32,502 nucleotides of DNA, taken from the IMG/VR virus record IMGVR_UViG_2778261222_000005; one strand, given 5' to 3'. The notes under the pieces are model-generated. The model ran no database searches, had not been told where the DNA came from, and saw only the letters and a program-made list of their open reading frames with translations. Shown piece by piece: positions 8,248 to 16,303 of this stretch (positions within the stretch are counted from its first letter, which is position 1; each line of letters opens with the position of its first letter). The stretch is from a virus (taxonomy: Duplodnaviria > Heunggongvirae > Uroviricota > Caudoviricetes). Position numbers and translations under genes: made by a program.

Positions 8248-8617
8248 AGCTGGTCAGGCGTATCTGGGGTGGGATGATGCCCTTTATCGCCAGACGCTGG
8301 CCCGCCTGACCGGTAAAACCAGCACCACACGCTGCAATCTCGATGAACTGCGCATCATCCGGGAATACATGCACGAACAGGGATTCCCGCGCAAGGCACC
8401 CGCCGGTAAAGGTCGCCGCCCTCGTGTTGCAATGAGCAGAAAATCAGTATTATCCAAAATTGAAGCGTTGCTGGCTGATGCAGGTCGTTCCTGGGCGTAT
8501 GCAGAAGGACTGGCATCTCACATGTATAAGCAACATGTGATCGAATGGCTGACGGATGAACAGCTTTTTGGAGTGATGGTGGCGCTGGTTAAAGATTCAA
8601 GAAGGAGAAATCAATGA
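8219..8617 (+). CDS. gemA: GemA-like protein (Mu gp16 family, DUF1018)
   Basis: ATG at 8219 with GAGGA 8 nt upstream; N-terminus MLKKMIGAIKAGQAYLGWDDALYRQTLARLTGKTSTTRCNLDELRIIREYMHEQGF follows the recalled GemA pattern. Track ORF 8120..8617 is the same frame with an earlier, less likely start. Confidence 0.75.
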   Translation: MLKKMIGAIKAGQAYLGWDDALYRQTLARLTGKTSTTRCNLDELRIIREYMHEQGFPRKAPAGKGRRPRVAMSRKSVLSKIEALLADAGRSWAYAEGLASHMYKQHVIEWLTDEQLFGVMVALVKDSRRRNQ

Positions 8618-9090
8618 TGAAAAAATGGTTGTTTTGTTTAGTAGGGGTTATTTTCTCTTGTTCTGTGCTGGCACAGACAGAGGAACAGGCGCAAAAGGAA
8701 CTGAAACGTTATCAGGATATGAAGCCATTGGCTGAACAGATGCTTCGGGAAAGTGGAAAACTTTATTACGCTATGCCAGAAGCTGCATCGCAATATCAGC
8801 AGGGAAATATTGAAGAGTGGAAGAATATCAAAAAAGGACTAAAACAACTGGATGAACAGGCCAGTAAACTGGGGGACGACCCGCTTGATCCTGTGTATGG
8901 TTCCTGCATAAAAATGAAAAACCAGCTACAGGATTACTGGTCTAACGTTATCAGGGATGACAGGCAGTTTCTGGAGCGTTCAAGAAATCAGTTTAAAGAA
9001 TATCGTATGGATTGTTTTGATTCGTTTGTTTTTGGTAAAGAGCAAATAGAATCAAGAAAAGGCCTGGTTATTCTAGACCTGACTAAATAA
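8614..9090 (+). CDS. secreted or lipoprotein-like protein of unknown function (AT-rich moron)
   Basis: 158 aa; N-terminal signal peptide MMKKWLFCLVGVIFSCSVLA with a possible lipobox-like FSC; gene is visibly more AT-rich than its neighbours (by eye, not computed); followed by a strong intrinsic terminator. Confidence 0.7.
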   Translation: MMKKWLFCLVGVIFSCSVLAQTEEQAQKELKRYQDMKPLAEQMLRESGKLYYAMPEAASQYQQGNIEEWKNIKKGLKQLDEQASKLGDDPLDPVYGSCIKMKNQLQDYWSNVIRDDRQFLERSRNQFKEYRMDCFDSFVFGKEQIESRKGLVILDLTK

Positions 9091-9100
9091 GACTTAGTTT

Positions 9101-9127
9101 AGCCCCTGCCATGCAGGGGCTTTTTTT
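9101..9127 (+). terminator. rho-independent terminator
   Basis: Perfect 9-bp stem AGCCCCTGC / GCAGGGGCT with 3-nt loop, followed by TTTTTTT. Confidence 0.8.
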
Positions 9128-9129
9128 GT

Positions 9130-9165
9130 GGTCTGTACAGGCGATCATGTATGGCTATAATAACA
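9130..9165 (+). promoter_or_regulatory. candidate promoter for the Mor/C-family activator gene
   Basis: Perfect TATAAT hexamer at 9156-9161, between the upstream terminator and the activator start. The -35 is poor (TGTACA-like with 15-bp spacer), so the promoter may be activator-dependent. Confidence 0.35.
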
Positions 9166-9190
9166 GTAAGTTACTACCGGAGACGCCATC

Positions 9191-9658
9191 ATGCAGACCT
9201 TCAGTGAAACAGATCTTCGCGATGCGCAGGCACTGCTGCCCGATTCCGTGCAGCAACTGATTAGCGTGATTGGCTTCCCCGCCCTGACCCGGTTGATTCG
9301 TTCTTTTGGTGGCGTGACGTTAAGCGGTAAAACCGGCGTACACGCCGAACGCACTGGCGGTGTCCATGCCATGTTACATGACGTGCTGACCGAAGACGAA
9401 ATCAACAAACTGATCCGTTTTCTTGGCGGCGCACCGTTTTACATTCCCCGTTGCGATCATGCGTTACGTGCCCTGCGTAACACCCGTTTTATGGCTGATT
9501 TACAGCAGCATGTAAAAGGCGGATGCTCACACCGGCAGGCGCTGGCACTGCTCTGTCCCCGTTACGGCATTTCAGACCGGTACGCATGGCAGCTGATACA
9601 CCGACGACAAAAACAGACTTCGCTGAAAAGCCCCACCCAGGTGGGGCTTTTTGATTAA
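9191..9658 (+). CDS. Mor/C-family transcriptional activator
   Basis: 155 aa; central LGGAPFYIPRC and C-terminal HTH-like region (ALALLCPRYGISDRYAWQLIHRR) resemble the recalled Mu Mor/C signature; GGAG 9 nt upstream. Only one Mor/C-like gene is visible in the window. Confidence 0.8.
   Translation: MQTFSETDLRDAQALLPDSVQQLISVIGFPALTRLIRSFGGVTLSGKTGVHAERTGGVHAMLHDVLTEDEINKLIRFLGGAPFYIPRCDHALRALRNTRFMADLQQHVKGGCSHRQALALLCPRYGISDRYAWQLIHRRQKQTSLKSPTQVGLFD
9627..9652 (+). terminator. intrinsic terminator embedded in the 3' end of the activator gene
   Basis: Stem GCCCCAC / GTGGGGC with short loop followed by TTTTT; overlaps the last codons of the activator gene (stop at 9656-9658). Confidence 0.6.
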
Positions 9659-9685
9659 TGGGCCTCAGAAAAAAGGAGACACGAA

Positions 9686-9973
9686 ATGATGCGTTCTGAC
9701 ACCGATATCGACTATGCAGTACTCGGTGAATATACCGCATTTTCAGACAAGGCCCGGGATGCAGCCCGTCGCCGACATGCTGAAATGTGCAGTTTATCCA
9801 GTTACCTGGCGAAACAGGCCCAAAGCCCGGAATCAGTAACGAATCATGATGAAGTGCTGTCAGCCGTAAACAGAATGATTGACGCAGAACGGGAAATGCG
9901 TAATGCCGTGGAAAGAGCTAACCTGCTGGCGCGGGCATGTTATAAGCCACCATTAAAACTCGCTTCTCTTTAA
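9686..9973 (+). CDS. hypothetical protein
   Basis: 95-aa ORF with AAGGAGA RBS; helical, no family recognised. Confidence 0.55.
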   Translation: MMRSDTDIDYAVLGEYTAFSDKARDAARRRHAEMCSLSSYLAKQAQSPESVTNHDEVLSAVNRMIDAEREMRNAVERANLLARACYKPPLKLASL

Positions 9974-9996
9974 CCCATCCAGATAATCAACCTGCC

Positions 9997-10015
9997 GGGG
10001 GTGCTGAACACCCCC
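9997..10015 (+). promoter_or_regulatory. conserved late-promoter motif, copy 1 (upstream of lysis cassette)
   Basis: GGGGGTGCTGAACACCCCC; core GTGCTGAACACCC (10001-10013) is identical to copies at 18160-18172 and 30076-30088. Flanks form a 7-bp inverted repeat around CTGAA. Downstream CAGTACCC is shared with copy 2. Confidence 0.5.
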
Positions 10016-10161
10016 AGCAGTACCCACCACAGCATACCGTTTACCCTGTCCACTCAGACCACAAGACACCTTAAGGGATAGCGCCCGGCAAAAGTCATTC
10101 TGTGCCTTTGACCGGGTGTTATTTACGGGCCGTCAGTGGCTCAGATTTACAGGAGAAACTC

Positions 10162-10554
10162 ATGTCTGAACCCTTATCAGGCGGCGGAGCTGTGGCAGTC
10201 ACCATCGGTGGTGCCAGTGTGTTTGGCCTTCTCACCAATACCGATTTCGGGGTTGTGGTGGGCGCGTTTGCCGGAGCGCTTTTTGTTGTCACGCAGCAGA
10301 AAGAAATCCCGGTATGGCGAATGGCTATTCATCTGCTCGTCGCGTTTGTGGTTGGCGTTCTGGGGGCTGGCGTGGCTGCGTCACTGATGCAGTGGCTGAC
10401 CCACTACAACGACAAGCCGCTCGATGCATTGTGTGCGGTCGGTGTCTCGGCGTTATCCATCAAGATACTGACCTTTCTTTATCAACAGGAAATTTCATCG
10501 CTGTTCGGCCTGTTTTCCAGACTGCGCGGCGGAGGGGGGGGAAATGGAAAGTAG
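10162..10554 (+). CDS. holin-like membrane protein
   Basis: ATG at 10162 with AGGAG RBS (track start 10102 is an upstream GTG); ~131 aa with several Gly/Ala-rich TM segments; sits just upstream of the endolysin. Confidence 0.55.
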   Translation: MSEPLSGGGAVAVTIGGASVFGLLTNTDFGVVVGAFAGALFVVTQQKEIPVWRMAIHLLVAFVVGVLGAGVAASLMQWLTHYNDKPLDALCAVGVSALSIKILTFLYQQEISSLFGLFSRLRGGGGGNGK

Positions 10555-10840
10555 CCTTGCCGGTATCGTGAACGTCTGGCTGTGTCTCGCCATTGTGCTG
10601 GGGTTGTTTGTGTATCGCCGCCACGGTGCGGCGCATAAACCGATGATTACCTGGCTGGCGTACTGGCTGATGCTCGGCTACGTCATCATCCCGTTCCGCT
10701 GGCTGTCCGGTACATACACGCACTCCAGTTGGCTGGTTGTGGCGCTGAATCTGGTTTTCTGTGCGCTTATCGTGTGGGCGCACGGGAATTTGTCAAAAAT
10801 CCTTTCGTTACTGAGGCATCCACATGAAATCAAAAGATAA
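10544..10840 (+). CDS. second holin/antiholin-like membrane protein
   Basis: 98 aa with 2-3 predicted TM helices; GGAGGGGGGG RBS; overlaps the previous gene end and the endolysin start. Confidence 0.5.
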   Translation: MESSLAGIVNVWLCLAIVLGLFVYRRHGAAHKPMITWLAYWLMLGYVIIPFRWLSGTYTHSSWLVVALNLVFCALIVWAHGNLSKILSLLRHPHEIKR

Positions 10841-11369
10841 AATTTTTGATGAAGTCCTGGGCAAAGAAGGCGGTTATGTCAATCACCCGGATGATAAGGG
10901 CGGTCCGACCAAATGGGGCATTACGGAAAAAGTCGCCCGCGCCCACGGATACCGTGGCGATATGCGCGATTTAACCCGCGAACAGGCGCTGGACATCCTT
11001 GAAGCCGATTACTGGTATGGCCCGCGATTTGACCAGATCGCCGCATTATCCCCTGATATTGCCGCAGAGCTGTGTGATACCGGTGTGAATATGGGGCCAA
11101 CCGTGGCGTCCAGAATGCTTCAGCGCTGGCTGAATGTGTTCAATCTGCGCGGCAGGCTGTACCCGGATATGGACGCAGACGGACGCATCGGGCCTCGTAC
11201 CATCAGTGCATTGCGCGCCTTCCTGAATAATCGCGGTCAGGACGGTGAACGGGTGATGCTGACGGCCCTGAACTGTACGCAGGGGGACCGCTATCTGGAA
11301 CTGGCGGAGAAACGCGAGGCTAACGAATCGTTTGTTTATGGCTGGCTGAAGGAGCGCGTGGCGATATGA
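10824..11369 (+). CDS. endolysin, GH108-type N-terminal domain with peptidoglycan-binding C-terminal region
   Basis: 181 aa; N-terminal EGGYVNHPDDKGGPTKWGIT matches the recalled GH108 signature (EGGYxxxxxDxGGxTxxGIT); position after holins. Confidence 0.85.
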   Translation: MKSKDKIFDEVLGKEGGYVNHPDDKGGPTKWGITEKVARAHGYRGDMRDLTREQALDILEADYWYGPRFDQIAALSPDIAAELCDTGVNMGPTVASRMLQRWLNVFNLRGRLYPDMDADGRIGPRTISALRAFLNNRGQDGERVMLTALNCTQGDRYLELAEKREANESFVYGWLKERVAI

Positions 11370-11548
11370 CGCGTCAGCACTGGACCCACAGAACGCCACG
11401 TAAAGCCGCGCGCTGTGTTCTGGCCCTGTTTCTGGTGATGTTGCTTCCGGTGGGATGCACAGACATTAACAGAACGGGACAGCTGTTAGACGCGGCGGCG
11501 CAGGTCTGCCGGATTATTGACGGCATCCGGCAGTGTTCACAGAACTGA
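11366..11548 (+). CDS. small lipoprotein, possible o-spanin-like lysis protein
   Basis: 60 aa; start overlaps the endolysin stop (ATGA); signal peptide with lipobox-like LPVGC. No obvious partner i-spanin seen. Confidence 0.4.
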   Translation: MTRQHWTHRTPRKAARCVLALFLVMLLPVGCTDINRTGQLLDAAAQVCRIIDGIRQCSQN

Positions 11549-11568
11549 TTTTTCGAAGGTCTGACACA

Positions 11569-11775
11569 GTGAGCATTATCAGATTTACAGAATACAGAGG
11601 TTCAGGAGGTGCTGGCGCTGTCATGGTGCTCGCTGAACGCATCACCCATTTTTACCGTCAGTACGGTACACATGATGGCACGGTCATTGAACTGGATACC
11701 GGGAAAAACGTGTTTGTTCTTGAAAATCCCGACGAAGTTCAGCGCAGGATTGAACAGGCTCAGAAGGACACTTAA
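11569..11775 (+). CDS. hypothetical protein (start uncertain)
   Basis: Frame open from GTG 11533; GTG 11569 and ATG 11623 (AGGAGGT 12 nt upstream) are alternative starts. No TM or lipobox, so unlikely to be an i-spanin. Confidence 0.35.
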   Translation: MSIIRFTEYRGSGGAGAVMVLAERITHFYRQYGTHDGTVIELDTGKNVFVLENPDEVQRRIEQAQKDT

Positions 11776-12275
11776 TGGCGTGGTCACAGGATATCAGGGA
11801 CAAAGTCCGTAACGGGTACATCTTTGACCAGCTTCCGCTGGATATCGTCGCCATGAAATACGCCGTGCCGCACGATACCGCGCGGCGCTGGAAAACGCAG
11901 GCGATGAAGAACGGCGACGACTGGGACAAGCTGCGGGCCGCTCACGCGCTCGCCGGTGACGGGCTGGAAAGTGTCGCCCGCACCGTACTTATCAGTCTGG
12001 TGGTGAAGTGTCAGACGACGCTTGAGCGGCTGAACCAGAACCCGGACATCCCGCCGCAGGAGTCCGTCGAACTGCTGGCGAGTCTGTCTGACAGTCTCAG
12101 TAAGGCGGTGGCCAGCAGCAAAAAAATCCTGCCGGAAACCGATCGGCTCGCCACGGCACTGGAAGTGGTGCAGCGGCTCGGCGCGTTCATCAAGGAGCGT
12201 CACCCGGCACAGTATGCCCCGTTTCTTGAGGTGCTCGAAGGCTTCGCTAAAGAGCTTGAGGATAATTTCAGTTAA
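11775..12275 (+). CDS. putative terminase small subunit (Mu gp27-like, DUF1804-type)
   Basis: 166 aa with an N-terminal HTH-like segment; located immediately upstream of the terminase large subunit region. Family name recalled, not searched. Confidence 0.55.
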   Translation: MAWSQDIRDKVRNGYIFDQLPLDIVAMKYAVPHDTARRWKTQAMKNGDDWDKLRAAHALAGDGLESVARTVLISLVVKCQTTLERLNQNPDIPPQESVELLASLSDSLSKAVASSKKILPETDRLATALEVVQRLGAFIKERHPAQYAPFLEVLEGFAKELEDNFS

Positions 12276-12281
12276 CCACAG

Positions 12282-12301
12282 CGGCCCGGTTTTCCGGGCC
12301 G
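12282..12301 (+). terminator. GC-rich hairpin, possible attenuator or weak terminator before the methyltransferase gene
   Basis: CGGCCCGG-TTTT-CCGGGCCG perfect 8-bp stem; followed by TCTGATATTCGGGATTTG, only a weak U-tract. Confidence 0.4.
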
Positions 12302-12321
12302 TCTGATATTCGGGATTTGTA

Positions 12322-13062
12322 ATGCAAAAACAGATTATTGGTAACGCAACGTTGTATTGCGGTGATGTTCTTGATGTGCTGCCGGCGTTATCTGAACGTT
12401 TTGATGCCGTCATTACCGACCCGCCTTACAGCAGTGGTGGCACACACAAATCAGACCGCAGCATGGCCCCTTCGGACAAGTATGTCGGTCACACCCAGTA
12501 TGCCGAGTTCAGCGGGGATAACCGCGACCAGCGCAGCTGGGCATACTGGAGCACCCTGTGGATGTCCGGGGCTGCCCGCCTTGTGCGCCCCGGTGGTTAT
12601 GTCATGGTGTTCAGTGACTGGCGACAGCTTCCCACCATGACCGACGTTTTTCAGGCCGGTGGTGTGCTGTGGCGTGGTCTTGTTGTCTGGGATAAAACGC
12701 AGGCTTCCCGTGCGCCACACACCGGCTATTTCCGGCATCAGGCCGAGTATGTGGTCTGGGGCAGCAACGGAAAACTCGACAAATGTCCGCACGGTGGCCC
12801 GTTCCCGGGTGTGATTACGCAGCGTGTTGTCCCGTCCGAAAAACTGCACATGACCGCAAAGCCGGTTCAGCTGATGGCCGAGCTGGTTAAACCGCTGGCA
12901 CCGGATGCGCACGTTCTCGATCCGTTTATGGGAAGCGGCACCACCGCCATCCCTGTACTTGCCCGTGGCGGACGGTTTACCGGCATTGAAATGACTAACC
13001 AGTATTTTGATATCGCCTGCGCACGTATCGAAAAAGCGCAGGCAGAAGCAGCGCAGGTGTGA
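12322..13062 (+). CDS. orphan DNA methyltransferase (N6-adenine or N4-cytosine, PF01555-like)
   Basis: 246 aa; catalytic DPPY motif near the N-terminus (VITDPPYSS) and AdoMet-binding DPFMGSGTT near the C-terminus, with a ...TAKPVQLMAELVK segment. No adjacent restriction endonuclease gene. Confidence 0.85.
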   Translation: MQKQIIGNATLYCGDVLDVLPALSERFDAVITDPPYSSGGTHKSDRSMAPSDKYVGHTQYAEFSGDNRDQRSWAYWSTLWMSGAARLVRPGGYVMVFSDWRQLPTMTDVFQAGGVLWRGLVVWDKTQASRAPHTGYFRHQAEYVVWGSNGKLDKCPHGGPFPGVITQRVVPSEKLHMTAKPVQLMAELVKPLAPDAHVLDPFMGSGTTAIPVLARGGRFTGIEMTNQYFDIACARIEKAQAEAAQV

Positions 13063-13063
13063 C

Positions 13064-14704
13064 GTGGCAAAACGTAAACTTTCCATTAAAGAGTTTCAGA
13101 GAAGCCTGCAGGAGTACATCGCCAACCTCCGCCAGACCATCGAGGCTGAATGTCTGGGGTTCGATGTTAACCCGCAGGCCACACAGGCCCGCCGGGCGGC
13201 AGTCTGCGACCCGGTGACGGGCTACGATTATTTTGTCGAAAACTATTTCCCGCATTACGTCCGCAACCCGGCAAAAAGTGAGCTGCATAAATACCTGTTC
13301 AGCCGTCTGCCACAGGTTGTGGCAAGCCCGGACCCGGAGAACGACGCCATCGCCGCCCCCCGTGGTGAAGCAAAATCCACGCTGGTGACTCAGCTGTTTA
13401 CCCTGTGGAACATTATCCGGGCCATTAAACATTATCCGGTCATCATTATGGACAGTATCGACCAGGCTTATCCGATGCTGGAAGCCATCAAGGCTGAACT
13501 GGAATTTAACCCCCGTTTAAAAAACGATTTCCCGGAAGTGTGCGGGCAGGGTCGCGTCTGGCGTATGGGGACCATCGTCACGGCCAACAATATCAAGGTG
13601 ACCGTTGCCGGTAGTGGTAAAAAGCTGCGTGGTCTGCGCCACGGTCCGTACCGTCCTGACCTGGTTATCCTCGACGACATCGAGAACGACGAGATGGTGC
13701 GTAACCCGGAGCAGCGCGACAAGCTGCATGACTGGCTCACCAAAACCGTGATGCCGCTGGGCGAGGCTGGCGGTAAAACCGATATTATTTATATCGGGAC
13801 CATCCTGCATTACGACTCCGTACTGTCACGCACGCTGAATAACCCGATGTGGAAAACGGCCCGCTTTAAGGCTGTCATTCAGTGGCCTGCCAATATGAAG
13901 CTGTGGGACGAGTGGGAAGAACTCATCCGCAACAAACAGCCGGAAGCAGCAGAGGCACTTTACCGACAGAACGAAGCCGACATGCTCGCCGGGTCGGTGG
14001 TGTCATGGGCGGCGCGTCCCCTGCTGGCACTGATGAAAATCCGTGTCCGTGACGGTCATGACACCTTTGATTCTGAATACCAGAACGACCCGGTCAGCGG
14101 TGAAGATGCGCTGTTTGCGGACTGCATTAAGTTCTGGGTTAACCGTCTTGATGAATGGGTGTTTTATGGTGCTGTTGACCCCAGTCTCGGGAAGAAAAAC
14201 AAAAACCGCGACCCGTCGGCCATTCTCGTGGGGGGCTTTAACCGCTTTACCGGCATTCTGGATGTGGTTGAAGCCGATATCCGCCGACGTCTGCCAAACA
14301 AACTTATCGAAGACGTGATTAAGTATCAGCGGGAATACCACTGTCTGTGCTGGTCGTTTGAGTCCGTCCAGTTTCAGGAGTTTCTGCGTACCGTGCTGGT
14401 TGAGCGTTCGGCGGCGCTGGGCGTGCCGGTTCCGGCGCTGCCGGTCATCCCGCTGGAGGATAAAGCGCTGCGTATTGAGTCCCTTCAGCCGCATATGGCC
14501 AACGGCCTGATCCGCATCAGTCCGGCACATCAGACGCTGATTGACCAGCTGCGCCACTACCCCAAAGCCGACCACGATGATGGCCCGGACTGTCTGCACA
14601 TGCTGTGGACGCTGGCGGTATCGCGCAGCGCAAAATTTCAGATACACACCCCACGCAGCAGCGGGCGTGACCGTGGCGGGCGTTTTGGTTCAGGAGGATG
14701 GTAA
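13064..14704 (+). CDS. terminase large subunit (Mu gp28-like)
   Basis: GTG at 13064, 1 nt after the methyltransferase stop, preferred over the in-frame ATG 13007, which overlaps that gene by 56 nt. ~547 aa with ATPase-like N-terminal half and acidic nuclease-like motifs (LVILDDIEND); located upstream of the portal. Confidence 0.8.
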   Translation: MAKRKLSIKEFQRSLQEYIANLRQTIEAECLGFDVNPQATQARRAAVCDPVTGYDYFVENYFPHYVRNPAKSELHKYLFSRLPQVVASPDPENDAIAAPRGEAKSTLVTQLFTLWNIIRAIKHYPVIIMDSIDQAYPMLEAIKAELEFNPRLKNDFPEVCGQGRVWRMGTIVTANNIKVTVAGSGKKLRGLRHGPYRPDLVILDDIENDEMVRNPEQRDKLHDWLTKTVMPLGEAGGKTDIIYIGTILHYDSVLSRTLNNPMWKTARFKAVIQWPANMKLWDEWEELIRNKQPEAAEALYRQNEADMLAGSVVSWAARPLLALMKIRVRDGHDTFDSEYQNDPVSGEDALFADCIKFWVNRLDEWVFYGAVDPSLGKKNKNRDPSAILVGGFNRFTGILDVVEADIRRRLPNKLIEDVIKYQREYHCLCWSFESVQFQEFLRTVLVERSAALGVPVPALPVIPLEDKALRIESLQPHMANGLIRISPAHQTLIDQLRHYPKADHDDGPDCLHMLWTLAVSRSAKFQIHTPRSSGRDRGGRFGSGGW

Positions 14705-14707
14705 TTA

Positions 14708-16303
14708 ATGGCACAGCTTGTTGATATTTACGGACGCCCGCTGAAACGTGAGGCACTCAAAACAACGCAGTCGGTCAGAGTGGCGGAACGACTGCGCATC
14801 TATCCCGATCACCCGTCCCGTGGTCTGAACATCAGAAAACTGCCGCGTATTCTGGAAGCAGCCGAACGCGGTTATCTTCCGGCGCAGGCGATGCTGTTTG
14901 CGGATATGGAAGAACGTGATGGCCATCTGTTCGCCGAGATGGAAAAGCGCAAAAAAGCGTTGCTGACGCTGGACTGGTCGGTGGAGCCGCCCCGCAATGC
15001 CTCGAAGGCAGAAAAGGAGCTGGCCGCCGCCGTGGATGAATGGCTGCACGGCATCCCGGACATGGAGGACATCATCCTCAACGGGATGAGCAGTGTCGGT
15101 TACGGCTTCAGCTGTCAGGAAATCAGCTGGGCGTTCGTGGATAAAACATGGTTACCGGATGCGGTGACGCTGCGCCCGCATAACTGGTTCATAACTCTGC
15201 CGGAACACAATGACGAACTCCGGCTGGATGACGGCAACCGTGGGGAAGACGGTAAGGACGGTTCCGCATTGTGGCCGTTCGGCTGGCTGGTTCACCGTTA
15301 CAACGCCCGGTCGGGGTTCCTGGGTTCATCCGGCCTGTTCCGCGTACTGGTCTGGCCGTATCTGTTTAAAAACTTTGCGCTGCGTGATATGGCGGAATTT
15401 CTGGAGATTTACGGTCTTCCAGCGCGCATTGCGTACTATGCACAGGGCACCAGTGACGCGGACCGGGACAACATTCTTGAGGCGCTGGTCAATCTGGGGC
15501 ATGAAGCGGTGGCAGCCCTGCCGCAGGGTAACGAAATCGAGTTCAAGGAAGCTGCATCCGGCGGACCGGAGGCATTCATGTCGATGGTGGAATGGGCGGA
15601 GCGTACCACCTCAAAAGTGATTCTGGGCAGTACGCTGACCAGCCAGGCCGACGGTAAAACCTCCACCAACGCACTGGGTAATGTCCATAACGAGGTCCGG
15701 CACGACATTCTGACCGCTGATGCACGCCAGCTGTCCGGCATGTTCAGCAGTCTGATACAGATGATGGCCAGTCTCAACGGCTGGCAGGATATCCCGTCAC
15801 GCCGTCTTCCGCGCCTGGTGTTTGATGTGCAGCAGGAAGCTGACATTAAGGGTGTGGCGGAAGCCGTCAGCGTGTTGCTCAACAATGTGGGGATGAAGGA
15901 TATCCCGGCGTCGTGGGTGCGCAAAAAAACCGGCATCCCCACCCCGAAAGACGGCGAAGAGGTGCTGATGCCGGTGGCACAGTCTCTCCCTGTGCAGGCC
16001 GGACTCAGCCAGCTGCGTGAGCGGCTGAATGTTGCCGCGCTCAGTCAGCAGGACAACGGGGAGGACGACCCGGCACAGAACGCCATCGACCGGGCAGAAC
16101 TTCCGGCAGAGGTCATCGCGCAGGGGATGAACGAACTGGTGGCCCCACTGGTGCAGGCCATACAGGAAGGCCGGGATGCAGACGAGGCCATGAACGTACT
16201 GGCGGAAGCCTGGCCGGAGCTGCCGGATGAAACACTGCGGCAGTTGCTGACGCAGGCATTCTTTGTGGCGGATATCTGGGGGCGACTGAATGCCGACAGC
16301 TGA
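14708..16303 (+). CDS. portal protein (Mu gp29-like, DUF935)
   Basis: 531-aa ORF immediately after the large terminase; size and position match the Mu-like portal. Confidence 0.8.
   Translation: MAQLVDIYGRPLKREALKTTQSVRVAERLRIYPDHPSRGLNIRKLPRILEAAERGYLPAQAMLFADMEERDGHLFAEMEKRKKALLTLDWSVEPPRNASKAEKELAAAVDEWLHGIPDMEDIILNGMSSVGYGFSCQEISWAFVDKTWLPDAVTLRPHNWFITLPEHNDELRLDDGNRGEDGKDGSALWPFGWLVHRYNARSGFLGSSGLFRVLVWPYLFKNFALRDMAEFLEIYGLPARIAYYAQGTSDADRDNILEALVNLGHEAVAALPQGNEIEFKEAASGGPEAFMSMVEWAERTTSKVILGSTLTSQADGKTSTNALGNVHNEVRHDILTADARQLSGMFSSLIQMMASLNGWQDIPSRRLPRLVFDVQQEADIKGVAEAVSVLLNNVGMKDIPASWVRKKTGIPTPKDGEEVLMPVAQSLPVQAGLSQLRERLNVAALSQQDNGEDDPAQNAIDRAELPAEVIAQGMNELVAPLVQAIQEGRDADEAMNVLAEAWPELPDETLRQLLTQAFFVADIWGRLNADS

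Noticed and set aside
12451-13086. 211-aa minus-strand ORF antisense to the methyltransferase gene
   Set aside because: The plus-strand frame carries intact DPPY and FxGSGTT methyltransferase motifs, so the minus-strand frame is taken to be a chance open frame.
14003-14647. 214-aa minus-strand ORF antisense to the large terminase gene
   Set aside because: Arg-rich antisense translation within a well-supported plus-strand gene.
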